Of a stretch of 64,000 nt of DNA, positions 12,468 through 25,200 are shown piece after piece (position 1 is the first letter of the stretch; the number at the start of each line of letters is the position of its first letter). Origin of the DNA: Paraspadella gotoi (Eukaryota; Animalia; Chaetognatha). The stretch spans positions 21,968,010-22,032,009 of the forward strand of contig CM119268.1 of assembly GCA_051294375.1 (NCBI GenBank), read 5' to 3'. Under the pieces are notes generated by a model. That model saw only the letters and a program-made list of their open reading frames with translations. It was not told where the DNA came from and searched no databases. The translations under genes and the position numbers were made by a program.

Positions 12468-13491
12468 TTAGTCGGATCTGCTTTCAGCATATCCGGACTC
12501 TATAATTCACTTTGTCACTTAGTCCACCACCTCAATCTTGTCGGGCATTCACATATATCATGTCAGAATATCGAATTATGATAAATTATGCAAAAAAAGA
12601 TGTCCTTCCGTCCGTCCGTCTTTCTGTCCGTCCGTCCCACCTTAGCAAAAAACTCCAATTACTCGTGATTGGATGGATGGATTGGAATGAAATTTTGTGT
12701 GTGGGTGTGTGTGTGATTGAGTTGGAAATCAAGTTTCAATGGAAAAAAACAAAAAATATATTTCACTATTTGAATACCAATTGCTCATGAGTGGATGGGG
12801 CGATTGACTTGAAATTTTGTATGTGGGTAGGAAAGTGTGTGATTAAGCTGGAAATCAAGTTTTGATGGAATCGTCTGAGTGGAAATGAGTTTAAATGAAA
12901 AAAAAATACATTTCACTATTTGAACATCAATTGCTCATGAGTGGATGGGGCGATGGACCTGAAATTTTGTTTGTGGGTAAAAAAGTGTGTGATTAAGCTG
13001 GAAATAAAGTTTTGATGGAATCATCTGAGTGGAAATGAGTTTAAATGGAAAAAACAAAAAACCTGTTTCACTAATTGATTATGCTTCTTTTTCTTTTTAT
13101 ATTAAATGTAAATTCAAGATGTATTAATTAATCAATTAATTCATCAGTTAATTAATCAATAAATAATTAATTAATCGGTCAATTAATCGATCAATTAATT
13201 ATTCAATCAAACAATTTATTTAGTTATCTATTAATTAATTATTCAATCAATCAATTTATTTATAAATTAATTAATTATTTAATCAATTAATCAGTCAATC
13301 AAGTCCATTGTTATCGGCATTATTTTCGTCATCGCCATCATCGTCGTCGTTGCTTTTGTCGTGGTCAGTGACGAAAAGACCTAAAATACAAACATTTTGG
13401 ATCAAAATAATTAGTTAATATAGTTTGTATTAAATAATTAATTACCGCTAATGATCGTGGGCAGATCCGACTTTGTTTGCTCGAACTTGTT
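12468..13491 (+). mobile_element. DINE-1/Helentron-like non-autonomous element
   Basis: Subterminal inverted repeats AGTCGGATCTGC (12470-12481) and GCAGATCCGACT (13461-13472), a partial IR beside the 5' copy, GTCC microsatellite at ~12602-12636, and internal ~129-bp tandem duplications (~12720-13070). Confidence 0.65.
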
Positions 13492-13632
13492 AAATAATTT
13501 CAGACTTACTTTGATTCTGTATTTAAAGTCCATTCCTCTCACATTTAGTCTTATCCTCTTCGAAAACTTTTTCCCTTTTTTTTTCCCTTATTTTTTAACG
13601 AGTCTAAAAATCCTGCAAAACAAAAATCAGTG

Positions 13633-15187
13633 ATGGGTTTAACGACTCAACTGTTTCGGATGACGGGTTCGTTCGTCGTCATCACCACCTCCTTCTTCAG
13701 CATCGACTACTTCCGCCGATGTCGAAGATTCGACGATAAAGTTGGACGCGTCAATCGGATTCTGGACGGGAGACTCGGGCGACCTCTAGAAGCCCTCGAG
13801 GCCTACTTCGAGAATACCCAACTCCGCGGAACCGGTCTGATATCGATCGCCTTCTTCCTCGAGAGCCTCGCGCCGCTGAAAGCGGAGGATTTGACAAGGG
13901 CGTTGAGCCGAGTTGCCGCCGCGAATCCCATGCTGAGGCTACGAATCGACGATTTGGCCGAGGCGAATAAAGAGAACGAGAAAGAAGATGGTCTTTTGTT
14001 TTTCGTCGAGATGGACAAGTTTCGTCCAAACTTCGAGGTCCTCGACACTGACGACTGGAAGGGCGTCTGGAAAAGGACATCACGAAGCCCATTGACTCCC
14101 GCTTCGGTCCGCTCTGGAGGGTGAAACTACTTCGAGGTTCGGTAGAACTGGGCAAGCACAAACAGGTTTTGGTATGCACCTTTCATCATGGAATCGTAGA
14201 TGGAAAATCCATAATGGCATTTGGGGATCAACTCGTCGAAAAACTGAGCGACAATGTTGAGGATGATCAATCAGCGGTTGTCAAGACGTTGCCGCCTTCT
14301 AACAAAGAGCTTCTGGGCGAAAATCTAATGAAACTTTCTGCACTGACAAAAATCAAAATCTATCTATTTTATAAATTGGGCGAAGCCTTTAATATTAAGT
14401 CGCATGAACCTTCTTGCTCTTTGGCTGTTTTAACCTCTCGACCCAAGATGAAGATGCCCTTTCTACCGAACGCGACGCGCGTAATTCCACTTCAGCTAAC
14501 GCGGAGCAACTGGACCAACTATTGCGTCGATGCCGTCATCACCAGTGCAAACTGCACGCCACCCTTCAGGCGGTCGTCAGTCTCGCCGAACTCCGGATGC
14601 TTAAAGAAAATATGACCAAGGACGGAGGTTCCGACTTTCCCGCTTCTTTGAAAATCTCCAACACTTACGCGATGAGCACGCGGGGCTTCGCGAATCCTCC
14701 CCTGACTGACGAGACGATCGGGGTTTACGCGCAAGGGCCGAGGATGACTCGGGATGTCGAATCCGATTTGGAAACTCAGGGACAGAAATTCTGGTCGTTT
14801 GCTCGTTCGATGAACGAAGAGATTCACGGAATCGCGAACGAAAAATCCGTGACAGACTTTCTCAAAATTACCGACTTTCTCTATCCGCTTTTCCCTGATT
14901 TCTTCTCAAAAATGAGCCTCAAAAATGAGCTCTCATTGGACTACTTCATGACCAACTATGGTTCGTTTTTCACTGCACGAAATGAGCGAAGGCCCGTCGA
15001 CATCACAGCAGCCTATTCAACACTCAACGTGGCGTGGTCCGGCCTCTGCTTTGCGCATGTCATCTTATCCATTCACGGCGGGCTTTTTTGGACAATCTCA
15101 TTCTCAGAGAGATCAATCTCTGAGGAGCAGGGAAGAGCCTATGCGCAGTGCATTGTGGATACGTTAAGAGAAGTTGTTAATGGATGA
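13633..15187 (+). CDS. Intronless condensation-domain / CoA-dependent acyltransferase (AATase/PapA5-like) with two 1-nt frameshifts
   Basis: N-terminal hydrophobic anchor, RPLEALE...ANPMLRLRI, GPLWRVKLL, catalytic FHHGIVDGKS motif, C-terminal LRRCR..CKLHATL, MSTR, FWSFAR, TNYG. Three overlapping ORFs join at ~14070 and ~14500. Confidence 0.75.
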
Positions 15188-16258
15188 TTCGGGCATTGAG
15201 GAAATTAAAGAACTTTAAAAGTATGGGAAATAATGCAAGAATTTTGAAATGATAAATTATTATCCTAAATAATCTAGTTATGGATTTGGAGGTATCAAGG
15301 CTTAGAGTAGAACTAGAAGGTCGCCTGACATTGAATACAGATCACAGAATAATTTTGGGTGCTCTACTTATAGTTTTAAATTTACTATAAATTTAGTAGT
15401 ATGGTATCCTAAGCAGAAATAAAAGAAAGTTTCATGAGATAGGAAAACTGATAACTCGGTAGTGATATACGTCATTATCATTGCTCGCCAACGGGCCAAC
15501 GCCTACAATGAAGAATGAAGAAAGTAACATGGTGACTATTTTCATTAATATAACTAAGTGATAACCGTATGCTTTATTTCCGGAAGCAAAAAAGTAAAAT
15601 ATTGGTATGTAATAACAAAATTTTTAGGTTAAAAATTAACAAATGATTTCAGACTTGAAGAGAAATAAAATAAAAAAATCTAAAGAGCATTAAAAGCATA
15701 TTCCTATACTTATTCAGAATATATTTTAGTTTTGATCAAGTTAAATTGTTAGTATAACATATATTTTTAATTAATGACGTCTCAACTAGTTAGAATATGA
15801 TTTTTCATAATAATGATAAAGCTTTGAAGCTCTCAACTCTTCATCCCCAGAAATGAATTCTTTGATTTTGTAAAAATCACTAAAAATATTATAATTATGC
15901 TAGATGAAGAGTTGATTGTAGCGCTTCAACCAGAAACCCGCTGGATCGTCATTGAGTTCGTTTCACCAGATGGTACTAAGTTATTAAGTTCTGGTCCTAT
16001 GAGTCGCGTTAATATATGACAGATAAATCAAATGTAACAAAAAAAATCTTAAAAGATTATAGATCTCGCCAGACGATAGGAGGAAATAAAGAAATAAAAA
16101 AGAAAGACAAAAAATTGATGCGATGATCCCCAAATGACTAATGCGATGATAGTCATTCATTGATGTGATGATAATCATTCATTGACACGATGAATCATTC
16201 ATCATAAATAAAAGAAACAAATGCATGTATGAGTGAGAGAGAGAGAGAGAGAAAGATA

Positions 16259-16390
16259 TGTAGTCGGGCATTGCTTAGGTTCACCTCGCCTATAAGCATG
16301 ATACCTTCAGTCGTGGCCCGGTGGCTTATTGAGTAAAGCTGTCAGCTCATAACCACTAGGTATGAATCCTGGCTTTGGCCCGTCTGGCGA
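16259..16390 (+). mobile_element. Truncated copy of the second tRNA-like LTR family
   Basis: TGTAGTCGGGCATTGCTTAGGTTCACC...GAGTAAAGCTGTCAGCTCATAACC is similar to 8234-8340. Confidence 0.7.
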
Positions 16391-16605
16391 GATAAAAATT
16401 ATAATGTTTAACAAGCGGGATGTATAGTAGAGTGATGTGAAAATGATAACATTTTAGAAAATTAAAATTTAGCATTATGTATATACTCTCTTTAGCATAT
16501 AAAACATGAACACAAAAACCAATAAAAATTCTTTGGTAAATTTATTTTTTAATTTTATACATTAGTAGGCACCAGTGAGCTATATTTATATATAGTAATA
16601 AGTAT

Positions 16606-16785
16606 TAGAAGAGTTTGAAATGAATTTTCAACAACGATTTTATTTTAATAAAAAACGGACATGTTTCGGCTTAACTACAAGCCTTCATCAGCATTAAAAA
16701 TTTTTATTAAAATAAAATCGTTGTTGAAAATTCATTTCAAACTCTTCTAATTATTACACAACGAAAAGAAAGGATTATACCACAA
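16606..16785 (-). mobile_element. Short insertion: hammerhead ribozyme within a perfect 49-bp inverted repeat, 12-bp TSD (Penelope-like remnant)
   Basis: Arms 16606-16654 and 16701-16749 are exact reverse complements. TSD AGTAATAAGTAT at 16594-16605 and 16786-16797. Confidence 0.75.
16654..16695 (-). ncRNA. Minimal type I hammerhead ribozyme
   Basis: Minus strand AATG-CTGATGA-A-GGCTT-GTAGTT-AAGCC-GAAA-C-AT-GTC-CGTT: core boxes, 5-bp stem II, very short stem III (ACATGT), GUC cleavage triplet, stem I AATG/CGTT. Confidence 0.75.
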
Positions 16786-17960
16786 AGTAATAAGTATATA
16801 ATTGGTTAAAATTTTAAAATGCAAATTTTTAAATTTTAAGATCAGATTTGGATTTTTTTGCAAAAAGTTGATATAATATTATAAGAAAGTATAATTCTTT
16901 TTTAAAAATTATTTCATTAAGTTGGTCAAAAATATAAAAAACTATATTTAAGACGCCGATTTTTAATTTCAACTTACTTAATGACATAACTTTTAACAAA
17001 GGATTAACACAATGTCTACCGATCAAACAAAGAATCTGAATCTGCTTTCAGAATTAAAAAAACACATTTTGAAATTTTGATATTATACCCTGAGTCCGTT
17101 TGCGTGTGACACTAAAAAATCTTTATTATACTTTAAATATTTAATAAACATAATTCATAAGTAAATCATTAGTTAGAGAACTACTTGACGTTTTTTATTT
17201 GTAAGTTTTATTTTGTGTTTAATTTATTTACTATTCATTGTTTAATTTTTTATCTAACACAGTAAAATTGATAAAAAAGACCATTTTAGGTGTGTTCTTG
17301 ATTGAATCAATGGCGCATCTGAATTATTGTAATGTTGAGTAATTTTTTAGTAATGATTTTTTATTTATTTTTTTAATTGTAAATCTTAAGTTTTATTATA
17401 CAATTTGTTTAATTAGAAAAAAATATTATCCTGAGCATGATCTTGACTGTTTTGAATAATTATTGATTATTGATTAATAAGGATTCCCAGATAATTCTTT
17501 ATTTAACGCTATAAATGAATTTTAATAATTTTAAATATTTAATGAGTAATTAATTTATAATAATTCTTTTTTTTTTTTAAATTCAGTTTTTTAACTGAAG
17601 ATGAAATTGGATGACCATTAAAAAAAAGTTATTTTACATAAGTAAATATTAAATTAATCTTATGAAATAAAAATATAATAAACGTACTTTGTTATAAAAT
17701 GGGGGAAAAAAATTTTAAAATTATTTATCCAATGAGAAATGGTACGCATTTTTTGGTATCACTCGCGAACGGACACGGGGTATAAATGTAGTAGTATATA
17801 CAAAATAAGCTGACAGGGCTACTATATTTGTAACCAAAAAAAACTATAGATTAATATTCACTAATATAATAGTTTTTAAGATATAACTGCTAAATTTGGA
17901 TTCCAAACTTTCACTTCACCCTAATGTATAGTATATTTATGGATATTCATATTCATATTG

Positions 17961-20900
17961 TTAATATTTTTCATTGAACACTCTGATTCTGGTTTGATTT
18001 GAATTTTCGCTCGTCTCCTGAACATCGTCTCTCATTGCCGGCGAATCGCTGCGTCGGGATTGGTTCCCTGTCATTGGAGGCCAACTGCTTTCCTTGCTCG
18101 TCTCTCCGCTCGTTGATGGCAAGCCGCTGTCGCGTCTGCTAGATCGTGGAACGTGATCGTACAAACGTTTGGCGGCCTCGTAGCTTTCGTCGTACGGACA
18201 GCCACCGATGTTGCAGTTCTCGTCGTACGGGCATCCTCTCGCTTTAGTTCGACTCTCGTAGGCGCTCGCTCGAGATTTGAGATATTTGCTTCGAGGCCGC
18301 TCTCTTAATTCGGTCTTTAAACAAAGTTTGTCGGTGGGAAGTATTTTGTCGGCTACGTCGCTTTGGTCGGCAGCTTCAGCGTTGTCGGCTCCAGATAGGT
18401 TTTCTTCGTCGGCTGGATTTTTGGTGTCGCCGCTGAGATGATTTACTTCGTCGATGTTGGCACCAAGGATCGTATTGTCAGTAAGTATTGCTTTGTCGCT
18501 ACCAGTTTCAACGCAGTCATTGTCAGCTGATTGGTCGATGATCTGGAGTTCAATAGTTAAGAAAAGTTTGGTTTTTTAAAAATTTAAATAATTTTAAAAA
18601 TGAAAAACTTAATAAGCGGCTGTCACTGTCAGACATTCATAACAATAACTTAATCTGACTTTGTTTTCTTTTTTCTCTTTGATGAATTTTCTTATGACGA
18701 CGACGGCGATGACGATGTTGACGATAATGAGGACGACGACGAGAACGATGAGAAAGATGCAAAGCCAATCGCAGTCGTCGGTGGCTTCAGTAGGCGGAGC
18801 CACCGTCGACTTTGTCTCGCTGATGATATCTGAAGGGAGATATATATTTTGTCATTCCTTCTGTCAGTTCTAATGTCATTTCTCCTCTCACTTATTCGAT
18901 CGGCGACGGAGACTTTGGATCCATCGACAACGACGACTGACGAGACGCTTCGAATCTCGATGGAGCGTCGACGACGTCGAACGGAGGAAGTGGAGCAGGA
19001 GGTCTGGGATGTGGGATGAGGAGCAAAATGTATTGTAGTTTAGTGGAAAGGAGAAAGGAAATGAGGATTAGATCGATTGGATTTATTATGTTCAATGAAT
19101 TATAGTAAGTAATGTCAATCGAACGCGTTAACAATCATAGGATCGCAAGAGAACTAGTGTCCCTACAAATAATACAGTAGTACAGTCAATTGTAAAGTTC
19201 AAATTGATAAGACCTCACAAATAAGCAAAGATAGAAATAGAATAAATTACTAGAACTAGAAGTGAAAAAAAATTATGTACAAATAAAAGTATTTGACGGA
19301 ATCGTCGAGGGGAGGAAGTCGGAGATTTTAAAGTCCAGGCAACATATCTCATCAGGCAGGAGCAGAAACGGCGTAACTGCAATTCCAACTGCGTCAACGC
19401 AACTCACTTACCCTTCGGCAACCGTTGTCGGCGGCCGAAGTACAAACGACGATCGAACATCGTATGAAGACAAATTCCGACGAAGCGAATTTGAACATCA
19501 GGAATTCGTCAGTGACGGCGCTGGAACCTAAATGGGGGGGGGGAGGAAGAGAGTTAATGCCAATTTGAATTGAATGGTACAACTGATTAAGGATCGAGAG
19601 AATAATACTATGTCTAATATGTCTGTGACGAAATTGGTACGACCAAAATTCAGTTTCTCAATAAATAAACTATTCAGCCCATGACTTCAGCGAGTAGTGA
19701 AGTTGCTTTTCCTTTCGACAACAATAATAATCGCTTACGCATTTATCTGATTTTCGTCTTTATCTTATTTAGTTATTAGTTATTCTCCTCAGTATTTCTT
19801 GGACTGACCCTGATAAAGGATTCCAATCGGATTTGATTTGTTGATGAAAGGACTGTAGCCTGAAGTTGGTTTACAACTGCAAAAATAAGTACAAATCTAA
19901 AACAAATAAGGTTATATATAATTACTACCGAGGCCCTACTTGTACCGTGATGAGTATTTATTAATTTCCGGTTGTTATATAGAGTACTAGTCTTTAGTCT
20001 TCCACGTTTGGTGAACTTTCAACTTTGGTTGTTTATATTCACTTTTATGCTCTTGATACACTAAATTGTGACATGCCGTCATACCCTTTAGTATCGATTA
20101 TTGTCATGTAGTTCGAGCCAGCGACTCTTGGCGGTTGTTCGTAAAACTCGCATCCCTCGACGGAGAAAGCGCCGGACCCTATCGGAGAAATAGTATCTTG
20201 TTTAATGATTAAATTTAGTTTCAAGCGATATATATCTGAATCAGTTAAGATCTGGAATTTATATCAAAATTTTCAAAATTACTTGTTTGACTATTTTTTA
20301 TTTTTATACTTTATTAAGGCTTTACTATTTAAACTATATTTTTAAATTATATTACTTGGATACGTCGTTATTTGGATCATTCTTGGGAGCGCTTGCGGTG
20401 AATCAGTTCGAATGACTATTTCTTTAAATTTTACTTGATTTAATTTTTTAAACTTTCTCTTTATAGTTTATTACTAATAGTTAATTTTGTTATATATATA
20501 TATATATAATTCAAGTCGTGTGAATTAAAGGCGCGCGTCGCTTAAAACGGGCGCCATTCTCTGCTAACGAGGATTTAATGCGGACGAAACTCGAAATGTC
20601 GAGAGGACAAATGGAAAAATTAAGGGGGGGGGTGTGAGAATGTGTTTTTGTCCAGGTTTTTATGTTCAGAGACAAAGTGGGACGCAGATAAAGCGCGGAG
20701 ACTTAAGCAGTATTAAAAGTATTTAATACAATTGGTAAATACTTGATAAATAATATACAATTAACTCTTGTAGATCATGATCGAGCTTAACCTAATCTTT
20801 CTGTCGTCACGTTGATCCGAATCCTCGTCTTGTCCCCGACTTTAAGATTCGTCCAAGGCACGCCCACATCCGGGGACGGGGATAGGAACGCAGTCAGCCA

Positions 20901-21590
20901 GTTTACTTGATTGGTCAGCCTGTGGGTCCAAGTTTAATGTTTTGACAATGGCATTTAATATAAATAATCAATTTTAAAGCAACCTGCATTGAAGGCTAAA
21001 CGTTTGGTTCCTTCCTTCAGAATTCTTTGCCACGATTTGTATCGTCGCCGAAACTTGCTCGATCTTAATTAATTAATCATATTATGTGGACAATATTCAT
21101 TATTGTTATTTAAATTGTATTAGTTTGATCTCTGAAACTTGCCTCAACATATTTGTTGCAAGATCTGAGCAAATTGAAACCTAAAGCGGAGCCGGTTGTT
21201 GAACAAGTTTCGTCGTTTTCATATCCGTTCACTGAATGAACAGTTGAATTTATTTTTTTTATAAAAATAACTTGCCTTAGCTTAAACTACGAGGGATATG
21301 AAATCTCACCGTAAACCGATGACCAGTTTCCGGTTTGAATATTGACGCTGAAATCAGTTAGACAAGTTGTCTGAGGAGCTGAACGTAAAGAAAGATTTTA
21401 AAAAGTCTTGTGCGTTGTTCTAGGTACGTACACTCAATGAAAATCCTTTGAATTTGATTACAGTAAAAACTTTTCTTTTCGCTTTTCACTCACGTATGTC
21501 CCCGCATCTTGCCAACGACGCGCATCCAATGACGACGACGAAGAAAAACTCGCTCAACTTTGTCCACTCAAAATATTTCCACTTGCGCAT
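17961..21590 (-). CDS. ZP-module (ZP-N + ZP-C) single-pass membrane protein
   Basis: Signal exon from ATG 21590 (MRKWKYFEW..FFFVVVIGCASLARCG). ZP-N exons with 4 Cys (TTCLTDFSVNI; ETC..FNLLRSC; FSLQC). ZP-C exons (LKVGDKTRIRIN; FSVEGCEFY..IIDTKGC; MFKFASSEFVFIRCSIVVC). RRRRR furin site (~18960), TM (WLCIFLIVLVVVLIIVNIVIAVVVI), 194-codon last exon 18542-17961. Splice phases are consistent. Confidence 0.85.
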
Positions 21591-22248
21591 GGCTCTAGTT
21601 TTTATTTTATAGATGGCGTTCGTGTGTGACTCTACGTCAATTTTAGCCGTTTGCGTTTGGCGATTGCATTGTTTGGCAAGCTCGTTTAATGACTGTCATG
21701 ACGTTGCGTGGGTGAGTTTTACAGTCGTTCGTTTTAGCCTCATTCTGTTATTCCGTCGTCTTGTACTTTTCACATTTGGCGATTTGATGGTTGACAGGTC
21801 ATCCGACTGACCCACTTAAAGAGTCTTTGCGGCTGCACCAGTTTCAACACCAGTTAGAGTTTGCTGCGTGTTTCCGAAATCCGTCGCCACATAACGGGAA
21901 ATGTTATCGCGTGACTTTGTTGTCGGTTTCTCCATGGAATGTTCTTTTGTTGACCGAGGGGACGACGACACAACCGCCATCTAAATCAAATTCCGAATTG
22001 TTATTTTGGAAGGAAAAAGGTCGCCGACCTTGACATGAAGAGGAGAGCATGAATTTAAGTGGAAAGAGAAGATGAAGGCTAATTAGATGAAAGATTAAGG
22101 GGAGGAAGAGGAAGTTACATCGGAAGTCAAAGAATCGATCTTCTGTTTTTTTCCTCTTCTCCGTCGTCGTCATTGGCAACGCCATTTTGTTTTCTTTTTT
22201 TTTTTTTCCTCCTCTCATGGAAACTCGGGTTAAGGACCGCGACGTCGT

Positions 22249-25200
22249 TCAACCGCCCGGGCGCTTAAACCGTGACGCGGTCTCTTCGTCACGAATCTTA
22301 TCGAGGCTTCTTCGGTCGTCGACCTGGAGATTAAAAGCAAGAAGGATCTCAATAAGTTGTTGTCGTTGTTGTCGAGTGGAAAACAATTCTCCTGACTACA
22401 GAATCTTTGTTTTTCTCGTGCTTGGGTTCCAGTGGATTTTTGAAGTTGCTTGACAGTAATTCAAACCATAGCAACAGGAGGGGGAGGGACAGAGAGAGAG
22501 TTAGAGAGAGAAAGAACGAAAGAAAGAGAAAGAAATAGATAAAGATTGAGAGAGACAGCGAGAGAGGGAGAGAGAGAGAGAGAAAGAAAGAAACAGAGAG
22601 AGAGAAAAAAAAGGAAAGACAGTTTTCTGACTAAAATTTGCTCTTCGTCTGACTTGAACTATAATAAAATAATCAGCTAAAACAAAATATGTGAAAATGA
22701 GTCGAATTTTTTAAAAATAAATTTGGTGCAAGAGTAAACATCAAAAGTATTTTTTTTACAATAGTAAATATTTACAAATTGCGAAAGAGTAAAATGTGGT
22801 TTTTATTAGTCTATGAGATGAGGGAATTTTTTAGTTTTCTTAAATATCGATAAATAACAACTCAAGCTTAAGAAATAAAAAAAATATTAGTTCTGATCGT
22901 AGGACATATTTACTAAAAGTAATATGAAATCTTCTTCAGAATGTAAATAATCAGCGACTATTTCATCAATCGTTCGTCTTTGCAAAAAAAAAAAAAGTAG
23001 CATTATTCTCTTTATTGTATATTGAATATGAATTTAAAAAGGGGATTTAATTAGACTAGAAATTGGGAAATTACGAATTAGTCACGTTGACGTCAAGGGC
23101 CGCCATAAAATCCTCCCTTGCTGCTTCGCTTGGAGCGGGGTTTGGCAGGGTGAGCAGGGTGAGCATGTCGAACAGGGGGGGCGGGTCCGTAGGCGATGGT
23201 GGCGTGACTCGACCCGTTGTGAATTGTTCTAAAACCGGGAGTCTGTGGTTTAGTCGGTCCGTGAACGGGGGTTGTGTTATTGGGCGGGGTGTCAGTTTGA
23301 GTCGCTTCTGAAGGCAGAATGGTGATCGGTGTGTCCACCTGGCCCAAGCTCTTGTCCTGGGATGCGGAGGAGGCAGCAGGGGCGGCTGGTTCGGGCTGAG
23401 GAAGTGGTGGTGGGGGGGAAGAGAAAAGAGGGATAAAGATGTTGAAATTTGTTTGAGGAAAGAGGAAGTCAAACTTTAAACAAAAGAATTTCAACTAAAT
23501 CTGACAATTGAACTATAAAAATGACATCATTATTCTTCCTCTAAAACTATATTTATCCTTAACTTTCAAGTTCATTTTTTTATATTTCAATTGTAATATT
23601 TTTATTTGCATTGACATTAACTCAGTACTGACTTTTTCAGCGACCGGCGTCACTTTGAGTCGCTTGTCGATTCTTTTCAACACGTAGACGATGACGACGA
23701 CGAAAACGACGGCGAGAATTCCGAGAAAAATGACGATAGCGAAGACTAAGTAACACTGAACGCCGCAGTCGTCGTCAGGCGGCGGTTGTTGCGTCGTCGT
23801 TGACGCCTCTATCGTCGCTGTTGGTAATTAAATACAATTAGTAAACTCCTTGCGTAATGAAATAATATAACGTAATGAAAAAAAGAAATAAAGAAAGGGA
23901 GGAAGAAAGAAAGGTATAGAAAGGAAAGAAAGAAAGGTCATAGAAAGAAAAAGAAAGAGGAACTAATTTCTTACTTTCTTCTTCCTGTTCCACAACGACC
24001 CAATTGTTAGACGCCGAACCGGAGAAATTGTCCCCTGACGCTCTGCGGCGCCGGGCCCCGCTGCCGGATGCTGACACAGCTGACAATTCTATCTTGGAAT
24101 GGACACCTGCATCTCGTCGACGTCGCCCGGACCTCGCATCCGGACAATTCGGCTGAAGAGTGGGTTAAATATATTTTTAGGTGGTCATTTTTAAAATTGA
24201 AATCGCGGATAAAAACTTAATTGAAAGGGAAGCAAAGCGTTGTTAAATTAAACTGTGATCGAGTCTTCATTGAAAGCTTGCAGGGCCCAGCTATGTTATT
24301 ATCTTGTAAGATGGATGAAGGCTTTAGCCTACCTTAACTTACCACAGCTTATCCAAATTCAGGGACAAAATATCTTGTTTATAGAATAAATTTATATTTT
24401 TTATGTTGGTTTTACAAAATTTGATAGAAAAACAATGAACAAACCGTGAGACAAGAGAGATCCTCGACATCAACGCAGAATCTCAGTTCGCATTTTATAA
24501 AGAGTTGGGTCGAACCGGGAAATTTGAAGACCGTCATTGGATCTGACAAGCCGATGTCGCCCGTGTTCTGGAAAAGAGTAAATGAATTGAACTGCAATCA
24601 CAGGAAGTATGAGGAGTATTACCAGTGATCTCATTATAATAATAATATAATAATATATTGCGAATTAAATTTCTTTTTACAAATATTTCATCTATTTCAC
24701 AAAACATCATAAGTGGAATCAATCAATCAATTTAATTCACAGTAAACCAGGTAGGGTAGCAAGGCTATACGGAATTTTATTCAGTCCACCATACTATGGA
24801 ATGGTATAGTATGGATTCTATGACAATATGCGGGCCTCGCTCCTAAAAATCTTACGTTAAATCCACCAACAACTTCTTCCTCTACGGCGGCGAAGGCGTC
24901 GAAGTAGGGCGGAGTGTTCTTGCAGCCGGAATCGTCCGTCAGTGAGTAAATGTAGCCTTCAGGGTCGCCGATCGGTCGGTCGGAAATCAAGCATTTCTTC
25001 ACGCCGACGAATGGAGTTTCTGAAGTCAAAAGTGAATCTTTATCATTTCTTCCTTCGTTTTGAGATTTAGAGTAATATTTTTAATATTACAGTAGTCTAG
25101 CATTGAGGTAAATACATTTCATCTTCATTTTTGACCCCCTGGCTCATTGAGTAAAGCCATCAGCTCATGACCTTAGGAATTGAATAGAATTGAACCACAA

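Noticed and set aside
13633-15187. Programmed frameshifting or bacterial contamination
   Set aside because: No slippery sites, similar 1-nt deletions occur in other genes here, and the flanks are host repeats and AT-rich DNA.
15824-15929. Imperfect inverted repeat (TCAACTCTTCATC / GATGAAGAGTTGA)
   Set aside because: Short arms, with no hammerhead core or TSD found; cannot be assigned.
19805-19880. Hammerhead-like strings (CTGATAAAGG, TTGATGAAAGG..CCTGAAG) on the + strand
   Set aside because: The core is incomplete, and the minus strand is an in-phase ZP-C exon (GCKPTSGYSPFINKSNPIGILYQ).
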